Positions 1-12,757 of a stretch of DNA of 64,000 nucleotides are shown one piece after another. The DNA is from Negaprion brevirostris (Eukaryota). Every line of letters begins with the position of its first letter. Position 1 is the first letter of the stretch. The notes under the pieces are model-generated. The model had not been told where the DNA came from. It made no database searches and saw only the letters and a program-made list of their open reading frames with translations. A program made the position numbers and the translations under genes. The stretch is from NCBI GenBank assembly GCA_030324005.1, contig JARDVH010000031.1, forward strand, positions 67,238,177 to 67,302,176. The letters are read 5' to 3'.

Positions 1-9
1 TGAAAGGAA

Positions 10-366
10 AGCCTAGTGGTGTTATTGCTAGACTATTAATATAGAAACTCAACTAATGTTCTTGGGACCCAGGTTTGAATCCCAACATCGCAGATGGTGG
101 AATTTGAATTCGATAAAAAAAATCTGGAATTAAGAATCTACTGATGACCATGAAATCATTGTCGGGGGAAAAAGAAACACATCTGGTTCACTAATGCCCT
201 TTAGGGAAGGAAATCTGCCATCCTTACCTGGCCTGGCCTACATGTGCCTCCAGAGCCACAGTAACGTGGTTGACTCCCAACTGTCCTCTGATCAAGGGCA
301 ACTAGGGATAAGCTGTAATGCTGGACAGCCAAGTGATGCCCATGTCCCACAAATGAGCAAAAAAAG
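10..366 (+). mobile_element. tRNA-derived SINE with Meta-type central domain and LINE-derived tail
   Basis: A-box-like tagtggt and B-box-like ggtttgaatccc. The core is ggttcactaatgccctttagggaaggaaatctgccatccttacctggcctggcctacatgtg. The tail aagggcaactagggat...gatgcccatgtcccacaaatga(A)n is shared with the LINE ends at about 30545 and 41570. Confidence 0.8.
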
Positions 367-1427
367 AGTTCAGATATGGGGGGCCAGCCAGGTGTTGATT
401 TTGCCCACAGGAAGTGATCTGCTATTATGAAGAGGAAGCTTACTATGAATGAATTGAAAGGGGATAATTTGAAAAATTATAAAGACCTCAGATATTGCAC
501 TCATGCTCAGCGTATCTGCAAGATGACTGGGAGCCTATATTTTATAATGAACACCAGCAGACCTGTAGAAATGGTACCCAAGGTGAAATATAAATGGGGG
601 AAAGTAGTTCATGGGGGTCACTCTCTTTAGATTTGAACTAAAAGACAGTGGTATAATAAGTGTCCATGAATCAGGGAAATGTTGGATTACCGAATCCAAG
701 ATTCAGCCATCTCCCTGAAGCTAAACGACTTCTGCAGCGTACTGAAAATATGATTCCCAAAGGCACCATCATTTATTCTGTGTTTCACTGATGTCTTAAG
801 CAAAATGCAACACGGAGGTGAAATTACAGCGTCGTTTCTGAATGATGCCACAACCTCATGTTACTAGCAGCAGAATCCCGACTTCAGATATGCCAAGTAG
901 GCTGTCAATTTAATCCCTGGCGTTTAAATGTAGATTCTCAACATCAGATGCAAAGTCTGAATTCTTTTAAATTAAGGTATTATTTTGCATTCTTGGTTCA
1001 CTGGCAGGACCAGACGAATGATGAGGAAAGACAGCAGGCAGAAGTAAAACAAAATAATATGCTGAAAGCCGATAATAGACGCATATGCCAGATAGGCTGT
1101 CTAAAACAGTTCAATTTGGTCTTGTTGAAGGGAAATGCACCATAATCAACACCAGCTGCAGCTGCCCAAAGCACAGCCAGAGATGTCAATGATCGGAAGA
1201 ATAACAGGACAGACCAACAAAGAACGATGGAAATGCCACATTTCCATGTTGTCAGTCCTTATGATGCATGCACCAAGGGAATGGAGAGGCAACTCCTCCA
1301 ACCACTTACATTTTTAAGACAAATTGTGCCCTTCTACAACCATTTTACCACAGTGCAACATTTACCTAAAAAAAATTAAAGTGAAAGTGGCTTGGGTTTA
1401 CAGTCAAATTCAATGAAACTTGAGAAT

Positions 1428-2260
1428 GTGGCACAGTGGTACAATGGTTAGCACTGCTGCCTTACAGTGGCAGGGACCTGGTTGGATTCTGGCCTAGAGT
1501 CAAAGAATAAAGAACAACACAGCATGGGAAACAGGCCCTTTGGCCCAACGAGCCTGCACCGCCATTTTAACGTTATGAGTGCCCTCATTACAGAGCAGTA
1601 CAGGCCCTTCGGCCCTCGATGAGGCCCTCTTCTACCCATGACCTTTGTCTACACCTATTGGGGAAGATTGAGGGAAGACTAATTTTGGCACAATTTGTTA
1701 CACCAATCAGCCTAACAGCACATTTTTAGGATGTGGGAGGAAACCAGAGCGCCTGGAGAAAACCCACGCAATCACGGGGAGAATGTGAAAACTCCCGCAG
1801 ACACTGACCCAAATCCATGTATCTGCACAGCAAACAGTGATAGTCACTGAGCTGTCATGTTGCCTGTCAGATGGTCCAGTTTAAGCACACACTAACGACT
1901 TGAAGCAATACGCAACTCTCAAAGCAACATCCAAGAGCAGCCCTCGCACGACCCACCATGTGTATGCCCCTTGTTGATCAACAAGGTGGACCGAAGTCAC
2001 TGGAGTCACTGTCTGTGTGAAATTTGCACATTCTCCCTTGTGTTGTGTGGGTTTCCTCTGGGTGTTCCAGTTACCTCCCACAGCCCAAAGATGTGTGGGT
2101 TGATTGATTAGCCATGATAAATTACCTATTAGTGTCAGGAAGATTAAGAGGGTAAATATGTGGGGTGACAGAGATAGGCCTTGGGATGGGATTGTTGTTG
2201 GTGCAGGCTCAATGGGCCAACTGGCTTCCTTCTGCACTGTAGATTCTATGAAATTCTATG
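1428..2260 (+). mobile_element. HE1-type V-SINE split by nested minus-strand insertions (1503-about 2000)
   Basis: The head gtggcacagtggtacaatggttagcactgctgcc lies at 1428-1502. The V-domain and CR1 tail (ttctatg) resume at about 2003-2260, and gagtca is repeated at both junctions. Confidence 0.8.
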
Positions 2261-2659
2261 GTTAAAATACATTTTGTAATCACTGATTTTCTCCCTCATG
2301 ATTACATTTGTTCAAGTGATTTCTTGATGCAGCAGTTAGCCTTAAGAAGATATTTTTCCTTTTCTGGATAGTATGTTGCATAGTAACTTTTTATTGCAGT
2401 TTTTAGCAACTCACGTACATTGTTTATACTTTGGGGAAACACTGCACAGTGACTTCCAAGTCTGGATTCCTTTTTACTGAGTTCTCTGACTCAGCACACA
2501 TGTATGCCCTGAGTAGACTTCAGAATATGTCAGCCTTCAGCTATAGATGTTCTGGCACAGATGTATTTAACAGGATACTTGAAGACATTGATTAATTCCA
2601 AGAGGGAGTGCAGGCAGTTATGTTTAAAAAAAACAGACATGCATTTCATACAAACGTAC

Positions 2660-3100
2660 AAATGTATGAATTGGGAGCAGGAGAAGGCCATTTGGCTCCT
2701 TCTCTACCATTCAGTGAGATCATAGATGATCTGAATATGGTTTCAACACCATTTTCCTGCCTATGCTAATAGGTTTGATTGCCTTTTTAGTCTAGAATCT
2801 ATCTACCTCTGCCATAAAAATATTCAATGACTCAGACTCTACAGGTCTTTAGGGAAGAGAGTTCCAAAGACTCAATCCTCTGAGAAAACATTTTTCCTCA
2901 TCTCCATCTTAAATGGGCGATCTTTTACTTTAAACAGTGTCCCACCAGTTCTAGTCTCCCACAAAGGGAAACATCCTCTCTGAATCCATTTTGCTAAGTC
3001 CCCTCAGGATCTTATAGGTTTGAATAAAATTCTCTCATTCCTATAACTCCCATTATATATCTTTTCCACCATTTCTTTTAAGATAACACCCTTGCATAGT
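2660..3100 (-). mobile_element. CR1 LINE 3' fragment
   Basis: Reverse complement of a CR1 3' UTR and RT C-terminus (ggagcaggagaaggccatt..., gaagagagttccaaagact, cccacaaagggaaacatcctc). Confidence 0.75.
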
Positions 3101-3236
3101 TATTTTTNNNNNNNNNNNNNNNNNNNNNNNNNNNNNNNNNNNNNNNNNNNNNNNNNNNNNNNNNNNNNNNNNNNNNNNNNNNNNNNNNNNNNNNNNNNNN
3201 NNNNNNNNNNNNNNNNNNNNNNNNNNNNNNNNNNNN

Positions 3237-3455
3237 CCAGAACAGGTATGGATGGCAGACTTCCTTCCCTAAAGGACATTAATAAACCAGAGGGGTTTTC
3301 CCAATGGTTTCATGATCTTCAGTAGATTCTTAATTCCGGGTAATTTTTATTGAAGTTAAGTTCCACCGTCTGCCATGGTAGGATTCGAACTTGGGACCCA
3401 CGAGCATTTGTTGATTAATAGCCTAGCAGTAAAACCACTAGGGCCATCACCTTCC
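3237..3455 (-). mobile_element. Meta-type SINE, 5' half
   Basis: Contains ggcagacttccttccctaaaggacattaa and ggattcgaacttgggaccc, the reverse complement of the copy at 10-366. Confidence 0.8.
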
Positions 3456-4329
3456 CGTAGTGCTGCAAGAATATAGATCTGCTCTCTGGTTGAGCACTGT
3501 GCCTGCAGCATAAAGGGTGAGTCGCTATTATGTTGTTAATTAGAGTATATTATCAGTGATGCTGGTGGTGCCACATGGAACTGGAGCCTGAGGGAAGAAG
3601 GTTCTAATGGGGACCAGTTAAAGTCTGCCTCTATAAGTGGTATAGTTAATGTTCACTTATTGGCCTCTTTTAGGTAATGTTCACTTGTTGGCAACAACAT
3701 GGTTTCCAGCTATCTTCTATCAAGCCTAATTGTGACATTAGTACCGACAACGTGCACTTGCACCTCACTCAGCATGACCAGCTCAAACCTGTGCTACCTG
3801 GCCACCCCAGCATGTGAGACCAGTGCTATACTATCTTGCATGGTTTAACCAGTGGACATAGCATCATTTAAGCTATGGTAACAAAATTGTAGACCACACT
3901 GCAAATAAGTTACATTCCACCACAAAATGAGTGCTGAAAAAAGTATTATTTAAAGGGACCCAAACTGCAGGTCAGGTTCTTTTCAATAACTTTATCTTTT
4001 GCAAAGTGTCTGGTATGTTGATGGAGGTGTTGAGTTTTTGGATGGAGAATGGGTGGGGTCATAGTGACCTAGCCGTACAAAGGTTACAAGAAGTATGGCG
4101 GCAGCACTCGCAGTGCCTCTGGGTCTAAAGGAAAATGGAGTAGAGGCAGCAAGGAGAGCACCAAGCTCTCTAACAACTTGGAGCCTGATTCCACCTGCTC
4201 TTTGGTAACAGGTCAGCAAACCACCTGGAATCTTGTCGTGCATTCCGATCAATGTCCTCCTGCATGCCACTGCATTGAAATCTTCTCCTGAGGCTTCTGT
4301 GACAGAACTCGCCTGACCTCCCATGATTT

Positions 4330-5276
4330 GTCACACAATCCATTCTTTAACCATAGCCTGGTGATTCTGCACATGACTCACTGGGCCTGACCTTGTCATT
4401 TTCATTCTGTGCTGAATCTGGGCGCAATCCAGATCTGACTTGGAAACCTGCTGCTGGTGCCCCCCTACGCACTTCGCCTGAAAAAGAAATCGCAAGTCTG
4501 AATCATGCTGTGGGCAGGGCTTAGTGCGCCTGAAATGATCGGAGCTCTGAACTGCGCATGCGCAGTTAGAAAAAAATTTGAAAAAGCGTGCCTGTGTCAG
4601 ATCGTTCCCGAGCTGCAAAAAGCAGAGAAAGTGGCCCGGGGACGAAAAGTGTGAGCGATGGCCCCCACAGATATCACTGTCCCCCTTATCCACACCCCCA
4701 CCTGCTACCCAGACCGATCGTGACCCCTTGTCCCCTTCCACCCCACCAATCGTCTGCAGAGTAGCAGCGGACCCACTTGGACCCTATTCCCTGCCACCAG
4801 AGATCCATCTGGCCTCCCACCGCCCTCCCACAACCAGTGAGCGATTTGGATCTCCCCGCCCCCACCACCAGAGATGCATCTTATCTGCATCCCTCCCCTC
4901 CCCATCCCCCGCCCCCCACCAATCTGAATCAAAGAGCCGTTGGAGGCTCTGAACTCACCTCTTCAGTAGCTGGAGCGCTTGAAACAGACTTTTATTCAGC
5001 ATGTCCATTTTGGCCTGATTCTGGATCGGCAAATGCGGTAGTGAAGGGAAAAATGCTGACAAAGTTGGGCAGGCAGTTCATTAATTCAATTAAAATATAT
5101 GCAAATACATTCAAATTGCCTGTTTTGGGCAGGAATCTGATCATGGACATTCCAGGGCCTCAGTAAAGTGGCCAACTGTGCAGATGAGGGCACAGATTAG
5201 GTCAATGGCCTCATACCCAACTTTACCACGTTTTTGCGCCCGAAAATGTGCGCGACGCAATTGTAAAATCAGGCCC
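4330..5276. mobile_element. GC/CpG-rich DNA-transposon-like element end (TIR-like gtaaaatcaggccc)
   Basis: Ends in a GGGCCTGATTTTAC-type terminus resembling the ends at about 7138 and 10374. It has C-rich tracts and an 18-bp palindrome at 4550-4567. Confidence 0.55.
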
Positions 5277-5359
5277 GCTGTGTGCAGATCCCAACTTTAA
5301 TCTTGTCTCCACAGAACATGCAGTGCCAAAATCTGAGCTGGAAGCTCTGAATGTCAGAA

Positions 5360-5697
5360 GATCCTTATAGTGCAGAAGCAAGCCATTTAACCCATTGAGA
5401 CTGCACTGACTCTTTGACAGAGCATCTTAGCCAGGTCCTCTCTCTCCCATCCTAACCCTGTAACCCTACACATTGACCATGGGAAATCCACCTAACCTAC
5501 ACATCCTAGGATATGAAGGGAAAATTTAGCTTGGCCAATCCATCTACCTGCACATCTTTGGACTGTGGGAGGAAATCCATGCAGACATGGGCAGAATGTA
5601 CAAACTCCACACAGACAGTCACCCAAGGGTGGAATCAAACCCAGGTCCCTAACTATCTGAAGCAGCACTGCTAACCACTGAGTCACAGTTCTACCCC
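5360..5697 (-). mobile_element. HE1-type V-SINE (CR1 tail)
   Basis: Contains cctgcacatctttggactgtgggaggaaa...caaactccacacagacagtcacccaag...gcactgctaaccactg. Confidence 0.85.
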
Positions 5698-6345
5698 AAA
5701 TCTAGTGATTGGGTCTCCTCATCAGCACTGTGTTACAGTNNNNNNNNNNTTCCTACCTCCTTTTCCACCTATGTATCTAGTGGTTGGGCAGGTGTATCAA
5801 AGCAGGAATTGAGAAGGGAAAATTTGGTTTGAGAGAAAGGTGGTGGAATGTGAAGCAAGATGGCCACACCATCAGCCACTAACTTATTGTGCTAGGCAGC
5901 AGGACAAGAGAGAGCTGGGAAGTGAGGGGCAGCATAAGACCATCATCTTCAATGTTCTCAGTGCTGCCAGGTGTCCACATAATGCAGACAACCATCTACA
6001 CCATAAAGTTTTGGAGATGCTGGCATCCTGGTTCACTGCTGGTTCTGTTCCATTCCCTTCTATTTATACCATCTTGTGCTGCAAGAGATAAGTGGAACAT
6101 CACTGATTGTGTTGGACTGTGTTTGTATGATGAACCTGCCACAACAAAATGTGGGTATGAAACTGGCAGCTTTGGAAGGTGTGCAGGATGAGGTGGAGTA
6201 AATGACTGGGGGTTAGAATGAGTCCTGAGTTCTAAGAACAGATGCTGAGCTGGTGATGAGGGTGCGGTACATTTACCAGCATGAACAAATGGTGGTAGGG
6301 TGGGTCAGATATCTCACAAGAAGTTGAGTTCTCTGACACTGATCA

Positions 6346-6440
6346 CTTTTGGTCATTCTTTTGGCACTGCTGCAAAGTGCTCAGGTGTGGACTTCTGGAG
6401 CTGACCTCCCTTGCTATGTGCTCCACCTGTCTCCTCCGAG
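6346..6440 (-). pseudogene. Degenerate Myb/SANT-like DNA-binding motif, probably from a PIF/Harbinger-type transposon
   Basis: The C-terminus of ORF 6343..6756, RRQVEHIAREVSSRSPHLSTLQQCQKND, resembles the WxxIAxEVxxxxxxxRTxxQCRKKxND motif of Myb/SANT proteins. Confidence 0.5.
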
Positions 6441-6486
6441 ACTGGTCTTTAGGACTCCCTGGCCACCTATGAGACTGTGACAATTC

Positions 6487-7056
6487 TGTTGTGGTGAAAT
6501 TAGTGTTGGACACAAAATGGTTACCTGGCACACAAAATGGACTCTGGAAAGGGACATTAAATGGTACTGACCTTTGGGCACAGACAGTTACACAAAGAGT
6601 TAAAACCTGCAGTATCTGAATTGCTGCAGGAAACTGGTCAGAGCTGGGGCACTTTAAGACTTGAGATAAGTGCAGACCCAGAACAATGAGTTTGATAATA
6701 AGATCAGCCACTGATGGGAACATAAATACATAAATGTATATATTGAAACTAGTCATTGATAGAGGACATACGGCATAAATGTATCCATTCTATCTACAAT
6801 GATAACTGTTCATGTCCGTACCTGTCTGCTCGTAACGATGTGTTAACTGTTGTTGTCCGTATCTGCCTACTCAACTTGTAATGATGTGTTAATGGCTAAC
6901 GTCTGTACTATGTATTGTCTAAAAGGCATAAAGATGCTCAACTACCATTGTGTAATACTGCGGAGTACCAGTGCTTTCTCCCAAAGCTTTGTCCGAAATA
7001 AAATTGTTTTATTGCAGCTCCCAGTCTGACTCCAAAGTGGTAAATTTCCCACAACA
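6487..7056 (+). mobile_element. Solo LTR (570 bp)
   Basis: Starts TGTTGTGGTGAAATT and ends aatttcccacaaCA, giving near-perfect inverted termini and TG...CA ends. AATAAA lies at about 6997 and there are internal short direct repeats. No clear TSD. Confidence 0.75.
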
Positions 7057-7807
7057 CCACTCAGGCCCAACACTGCTGCTGATGTCTGAATGGGCACAAA
7101 CAGATAGCCAATCACTACCTCCAGCCCAAAAATCAGGCTAATCCAATATCAAACCTCTCTAATTACTCCCGCCTCACCCTTTCCCCAACAATCTGGTGGC
7201 TAATCACATTTCTCTATTGAACCACTTGGTCGAAAAATTATTCTAAAATACAGAGTAAGTATTGAAAGTTATTCCAAAATGTATGCATAAATATTTTAAC
7301 ACTGATAATGTTTGTTTAGATTGGAGGTGACACCACATCATACTTACATAGGTGACAAATTCATCACCACAGCTTTAGTATAAATGGAAATGACTTTGCT
7401 TTGTTGATGTTGTAATGAACTATCTTGAACAGTGTTCAATACTATAGCTAGTTCATTTGCTAACAGAAATAAGCCAGACAAATCCTGTCTATACTGAGGC
7501 AGTACTTTTATACTCATGGTGAATTAGCAGCTGATATATTACAAAAGAATATAATGGGACTGATAGATGATCTTCCACTGATTGAGGGCAGAAGCACAAT
7601 TCCCACACTAAATTACAGAGTCAGCATGATTTAGAGAATATCAGTGTAATGGCAGTTTTTTACCTCCTTATTGGCAGATGGTCGAAGGGCATATCAGTGT
7701 CAATGAAAGGACTGTATTCTTAATTTTCCAGCTTGTGCACTGATATGGAAACAAACATTTTATTATACAATTATCAGAAGCATCAGTGCATAATTGACAA
7801 TTTACAA

Positions 7808-8372
7808 AATAGAACATAGAACAGTACAGCCCTCGATGTTATGCCGAGCTATGTCCAAACCCAAGATCAAGCTATCCCACTCCCTATCATTCTAGTGCGT
7901 TCCATGTGCCTACCTAATAACCACTTGAAAGTTCCTAAAGTGTCCGATTCCACTATCACAGCAGACAGAGCATTCCACACCCCAACCACTCTCTCTGTAA
8001 GGACTCTACCTCAGACATCCCTCCTANNNNNNNNNNCCACCATGAACTTTATAGTTGTGCTCCCTAATAACAGTTATATCCACCCAAGGGAAATAGTCTC
8101 TGCAAGTCCACTCTATGTATCCCCCCTCATCATCTTATAAACCTCTATTAAGTCACCTCTCATTCTCCTCTGCTCTAAAGAGAAAGCCCCAGTTCCCTCA
8201 ACCTTTCCTCATAAGACTTACCCTCCAAACCAGGCAGCATCCTGGTAAATCTTCTCTGCACTCCAGTACTTCCACATCCTTCTCATAGTGAGATGACAGA
8301 GCTGAACACAATATTCCAAATGTGGTCGCACCAATGTCCAGTATAGTTGCAGCACAACCCCTTGGCTCTTAA
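7808..8372 (-). mobile_element. CR1 LINE 3' fragment
   Basis: Tail atagaacatagaacagtacag. RT C-terminal reverse complement includes cagcatcctggtaaatctt and ctgaacacaatattccaaatgtgg. Confidence 0.85.
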
Positions 8373-9039
8373 GTTCAAACCCTTGGTATATCAACATTTG
8401 GGTTCAATTTTTCTCCCCTTCCAATTCTCCCTATCGTGTGTGACAATGTCAATATGGCCTCAGCTATCCACACACCTGACTTTGACTTTGACCACGCAGT
8501 CCATAGAATCTCTCGAGTGATGAAGGAGGCCATTTGGCCCATTGAGCCTGCACTGACAGCAATCCCGTCCAGTCCCAAGCACTTATCTACCCTGCTAATC
8601 CCCCTGACACTAAGGGGCAATTTAACATGACCAATCAACCTAACCTGCACATCTTTGGAGCCTGAATTCCATCATCCTGACATGGGTACTGTTTTGGGCT
8701 GTCACAATGTGTTGACTTCCCTTTGTTTGTTTGTTCTCCTAGTTTGCTGAGGTTTCTCTTAACCCATGAGTGACTTGGAAACAGTCAGTATTTAGATTTT
8801 TCAAGACCTTGTGGTGAATGATTGCTCTCTGCACACAGACTTGGTATCGTGCTTATGTCATCATTAGCAACATTTAAGAGGCATCTGCATGGGTGCTCAA
8901 ACAGAGGGAATAGAGGGATACGGAACAAGTAAGTTTTTTTAAGCTTAGTTAGGGCATCATGATTGGCACAAGCTTGGAGGGCCGAAAGTCCTGTTCCTGT
9001 TCTGTTCTCTTCTTTGTTCTTTATTCTGTTAACATCATT

Positions 9040-10374
9040 ATTGAATTAGCATAATCATTAACCCTTTATTCCACAGATATTGATGCCCTTTGACACATCC
9101 ACTGATGCAATGGCACAAGTCTTTGGTTACCTGGACAGGGGGGCCGGGAGAGCACAGGGACCCTGGAGATGCCCCAGACTATGCACTGGGGGACCCGCAA
9201 AAGTCCCCATGCAAACGCCACATGGCAATTGACTGGATCATTTAAACTTCTGATGGGCAATTCCTCTGCACCAGGGACCATCCATTTCCCCCTCAGTTAA
9301 ATAGTTACCAAAGTAAAGTTAGGAGGATTGAAATCACTTATTCCTCAGTAACCATGCTACTAACCCCAGCCATTCCTCCCCCCCCCATCCCCCACTGCCC
9401 TCCAAACCCACACTGGATGTCTTCTGGCCTCTTTACCTGACCAACACCCCCATTCACATCCCCAATTGCCCACTGACTAACCCTTAGCCCCTGAACATTC
9501 TCCCCACCCCCCCCTCAACTATCCCCATACTCCGACTACCATGTCAACCAACTGACTAGCCCTGACGACCCTCCCACAACACCACCCCCGGTTCTCCCAA
9601 CTACCCACCCAACCTCTGTTCACACTTGAGACTAAATGATCCATCCATTACCTCCTGTTCCCTCTTCCTGATCACCTTATTCCCCGACCACCAAAATCCT
9701 CCCCTGACTACCCCATCCCTCGTGACCAACCACCCCACCCGCTGACCACCCAATACCTCCCTCACCACTACCCTAATGCACATACTTACCTTACAAACTA
9801 ATCTTCTCCCTGGCTCTTCAAAGTGACGGGAATTTTAAACTTTCCCACTTTACGGTAGTTAATGCAATATAAAGGGCAGCACAGTGACACAGTGGTTAGC
9901 ACTGCTGCCTCTCAGTGCCAGGTACCTGGGTTCAATTCTGGTCTCGGATCACTGCCTGTGTGGACTTTGCACATTCTCCCTGTGTCTGTGTGGTTTTCCT
10001 CTGAGTGCTCCAGTTTCTTCCCACTGTCCAAAGATGCGCAGATTAGATTTATTGGACAGGCTAAATTGGCCCTAGTGTCAGGGGATTAGTAGGGTAAAAT
10101 TGTGGGTTATGGGAGTGGTTCCTGGGTGGGATTGTGGTCAGTGGAAATTCAATGGTCTGAATGGCCTGCTGTAGGGATTCTATAGTAAAGGGGGCATGGA
10201 TTCATTTGCCCTGACGTGCTGCACTATGCTGAAAGGACTAAAGGTCTGTTGTGCTGCATCTTTCTCACCAGGCCTGGGTTGGAAGTCTGAATGGAAAATG
10301 TGCAACTCTGGATAAGGGAGAAGGAGTGGAGTGGTCACCCGACTGCCATTGCCACTCTATTGAAGTTCAGGCCC
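9040..10374. mobile_element. C-rich DNA-transposon-like element interrupted by a full HE1 V-SINE (+, about 9873-10183)
   Basis: Terminus gaagttcaggccc. The SINE has a full head, V-domain and ggattctat tail, and taaaggg occurs at both SINE junctions. Confidence 0.6.
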
Positions 10375-11684
10375 TAATGTTTAAGGCATTAAATGTAAAG
10401 ATTCTGCCATGGGCTGAAATCCATTGATTATAGCTTCAGTGTAATTTCTTAAAGTGGGAGAATGGGTTAAAGCCCTTGGTATCTCACCATGTCAGGAGTC
10501 AATGTTCATTAAACACCAATTGGATGCAACACACTTGTCTGGGGAGGGTGAAGTGCAGAATAAGAGCTAACTTGTGACCTTGCCTGAGCACCACTTCAGT
10601 CAGTCCAAATGCAGAACAGTATAGGAAGTGGGGTTGGTAGATGATCATCTCCCGCATAGTAATTTAGGGAATTGCTTGCTACACGGAGGACTAATGAAGC
10701 ATAAGAAAATAATTTTACAAAAATGCATGTGAGGGATAATAAATCAACAAGTAGTTTTCAAAAGCCGTGTTAATGGTCTAGTTTAATGCCAAGATGTGTG
10801 GGATTTGCTGAACATTAAATCCATTAATCACTTTACTGTTTTTTAATATAGTTTCATTGTGGAACATAAATGACATGTTTTTATAAATTATGTGCTGCGC
10901 ACCCTGTACACAGAGGGATATTTATGCATTTAGAGTGCATAGATATGTGGGACATTGAGTTTGCATAACTAACTGAATTGAGCACAGAGGTCTATCAACT
11001 CAGGTTAATGATTTATTGATGTGAATTGCTTCTCGTGTTATTGTTTAAATGGACTACAAAGAGTCACCCGAAAGCAACTTGTTAGATTGATGTTCTATTT
11101 TATATTCAGGCAGCATCAGAGCTAGTTGATGCAATTGCCTATTTGCAAATGTAAATTAAGTTCTATTAAGCAGCAAACTTCTATCATCTTTTGCAGCAGT
11201 GACATATTTAATGATAAAGGGAGTATGCGAGGCAACCACCAAAAAGGTAAAAGATTGAAAGGTTACCTGAATTTAGAATGAGGTGCGACGTTCGTGCCCC
11301 TCTTGGCTGCTTTTCCCCCACTCGGCCCCCTCCCTTTTGCGTCCCTTTATCTAAGCACCTCACTCTTCCTGATTGTTGCCCCCTTCTCCTAATTGTCCCC
11401 TTCCTCACTCACTTTAATTGTTTTCCCCATACTCACATGATCCTACCTCCCCCCAGCTTCTACGTAACAACTCCTTGCCACACAGCGGCCCAAAGTTGAT
11501 ATCCTCCTTTGCTGTCAAAGACATTTGCAGCTTGTTGCTGTCATGGATATGAGGTCAAAGGTCCAATTATGGGTAGGCCCCAGCATCCCAGCTCTGTGGC
11601 AAGGATCATTCAATTTCTGGACCTTTGTTGCATTTGACAGCAGTGCCCCTTCATTGTCAGGATCAGGTCCATTTTAATATATTT

Positions 11685-12142
11685 TTAAATTCATTCATGG
11701 CATATGGGCATCGCTGTATTGCCCATCCCTAGTTGCCCAAGGGCAGTTGAGAGTCAACCACGTTGCTATGGCTCTGGAGTCACATGTCAGCTANNNNNNN
11801 NNNNNNNNNNNNNNNNNNNNNNNNNNNNNNNNNNNNNNNNNNNNNNNNNNNNNNNNNNNNNNNNNNNNNNNNNNNNNNNNNNNNNNNNNNNNNGAGTCAC
11901 ATGTAAGCCAGACCAGGTAAGGACAGCAGATTTCCTTCCCTAAAGGACATTTATGAACCAGATGGGTTTTTCCGACAATCGACAATGGTTTTATGGTCAC
12001 CATTAGATTCTGAATTCCGGAATCTTTTTTATTGAATTCAAATTCCACCATCTGCTGTGGTGGAATTCGAACCCGGGTCCCCAGAGCATTAGCTGAGTTT
12101 CTGGATTAATGGTCTAGTGATAATTCCACTGGGCCATCGCCT
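11685..12142 (-). mobile_element. Meta-type SINE, near full length (gap inside)
   Basis: Tail ttcattcatggcatatgggcatcgctg...gcccatccctagttgccc, core gatttccttccctaaaggacatt, and head ggaattcgaacccgggtccccagagcattag. Confidence 0.85.
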
Positions 12143-12757
12143 AACAATTCCAACTCAAAAATTCACTGAGAAACAGGTATAAAAAATTTTGAATTTCAGA
12201 TTTGTTCAAATATAATCCAATATGGAGGAGCTGCATTAGGGTCTGATTTAAGTTCAGATGTGGCAGAGCACCTTACAGAAACTATATTACCTGCACTGCA
12301 TCTGAAGAAAATGCTTTATCAAAAGCTTTTAAAAATAGATCATCCTCCACTTATTATTGAAAGATCCATCCTTCCAACACATTCACTATTAACAGTTACT
12401 TCCCTTACAGTATGGAACCTAACACAGCTTAATTGAATAATGCATTAAAAATAGATTTTCTACATTGGACCAACAAGTATTACCACAAACTTTAAGTTAT
12501 TCAAAAATATGATAATGACAGATAACAAAATAATATGAATAATAACAAATTGGCAAAGACCCTCAGATTCATCCAGCCTAGTTTCCATATTCATGGTATC
12601 TTGTAATATACTCTTCCCATCCATAAAATGTAAATATTTCAACTTTCAGTTTCATTTAAAATTTATTGAAATAATTTAACAAATGGATATGATCTTGGAT
12701 GATATTGAGTGAACAGTACAGCTGTGCTGTTTTTTATATTACTAACAAGAAACAACT

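Noticed and set aside
427-1317. Cluster of short purine-rich + ORFs
   Set aside because: No recognisable domain. It may be decayed transposon coding sequence, but I cannot support that.
9873-9950. tRNA-like sequences (gtggttagcactgctgcctcacag...ggttcaattc) at many sites
   Set aside because: They are SINE heads continuing into V-domains, not tRNA genes.
11770-11905. gagtcacatgt repeated on both sides of a gap; similar cases near 12950 and 56710-56820
   Set aside because: Most likely overlapping contig ends in a short-read scaffold, not a real duplication.
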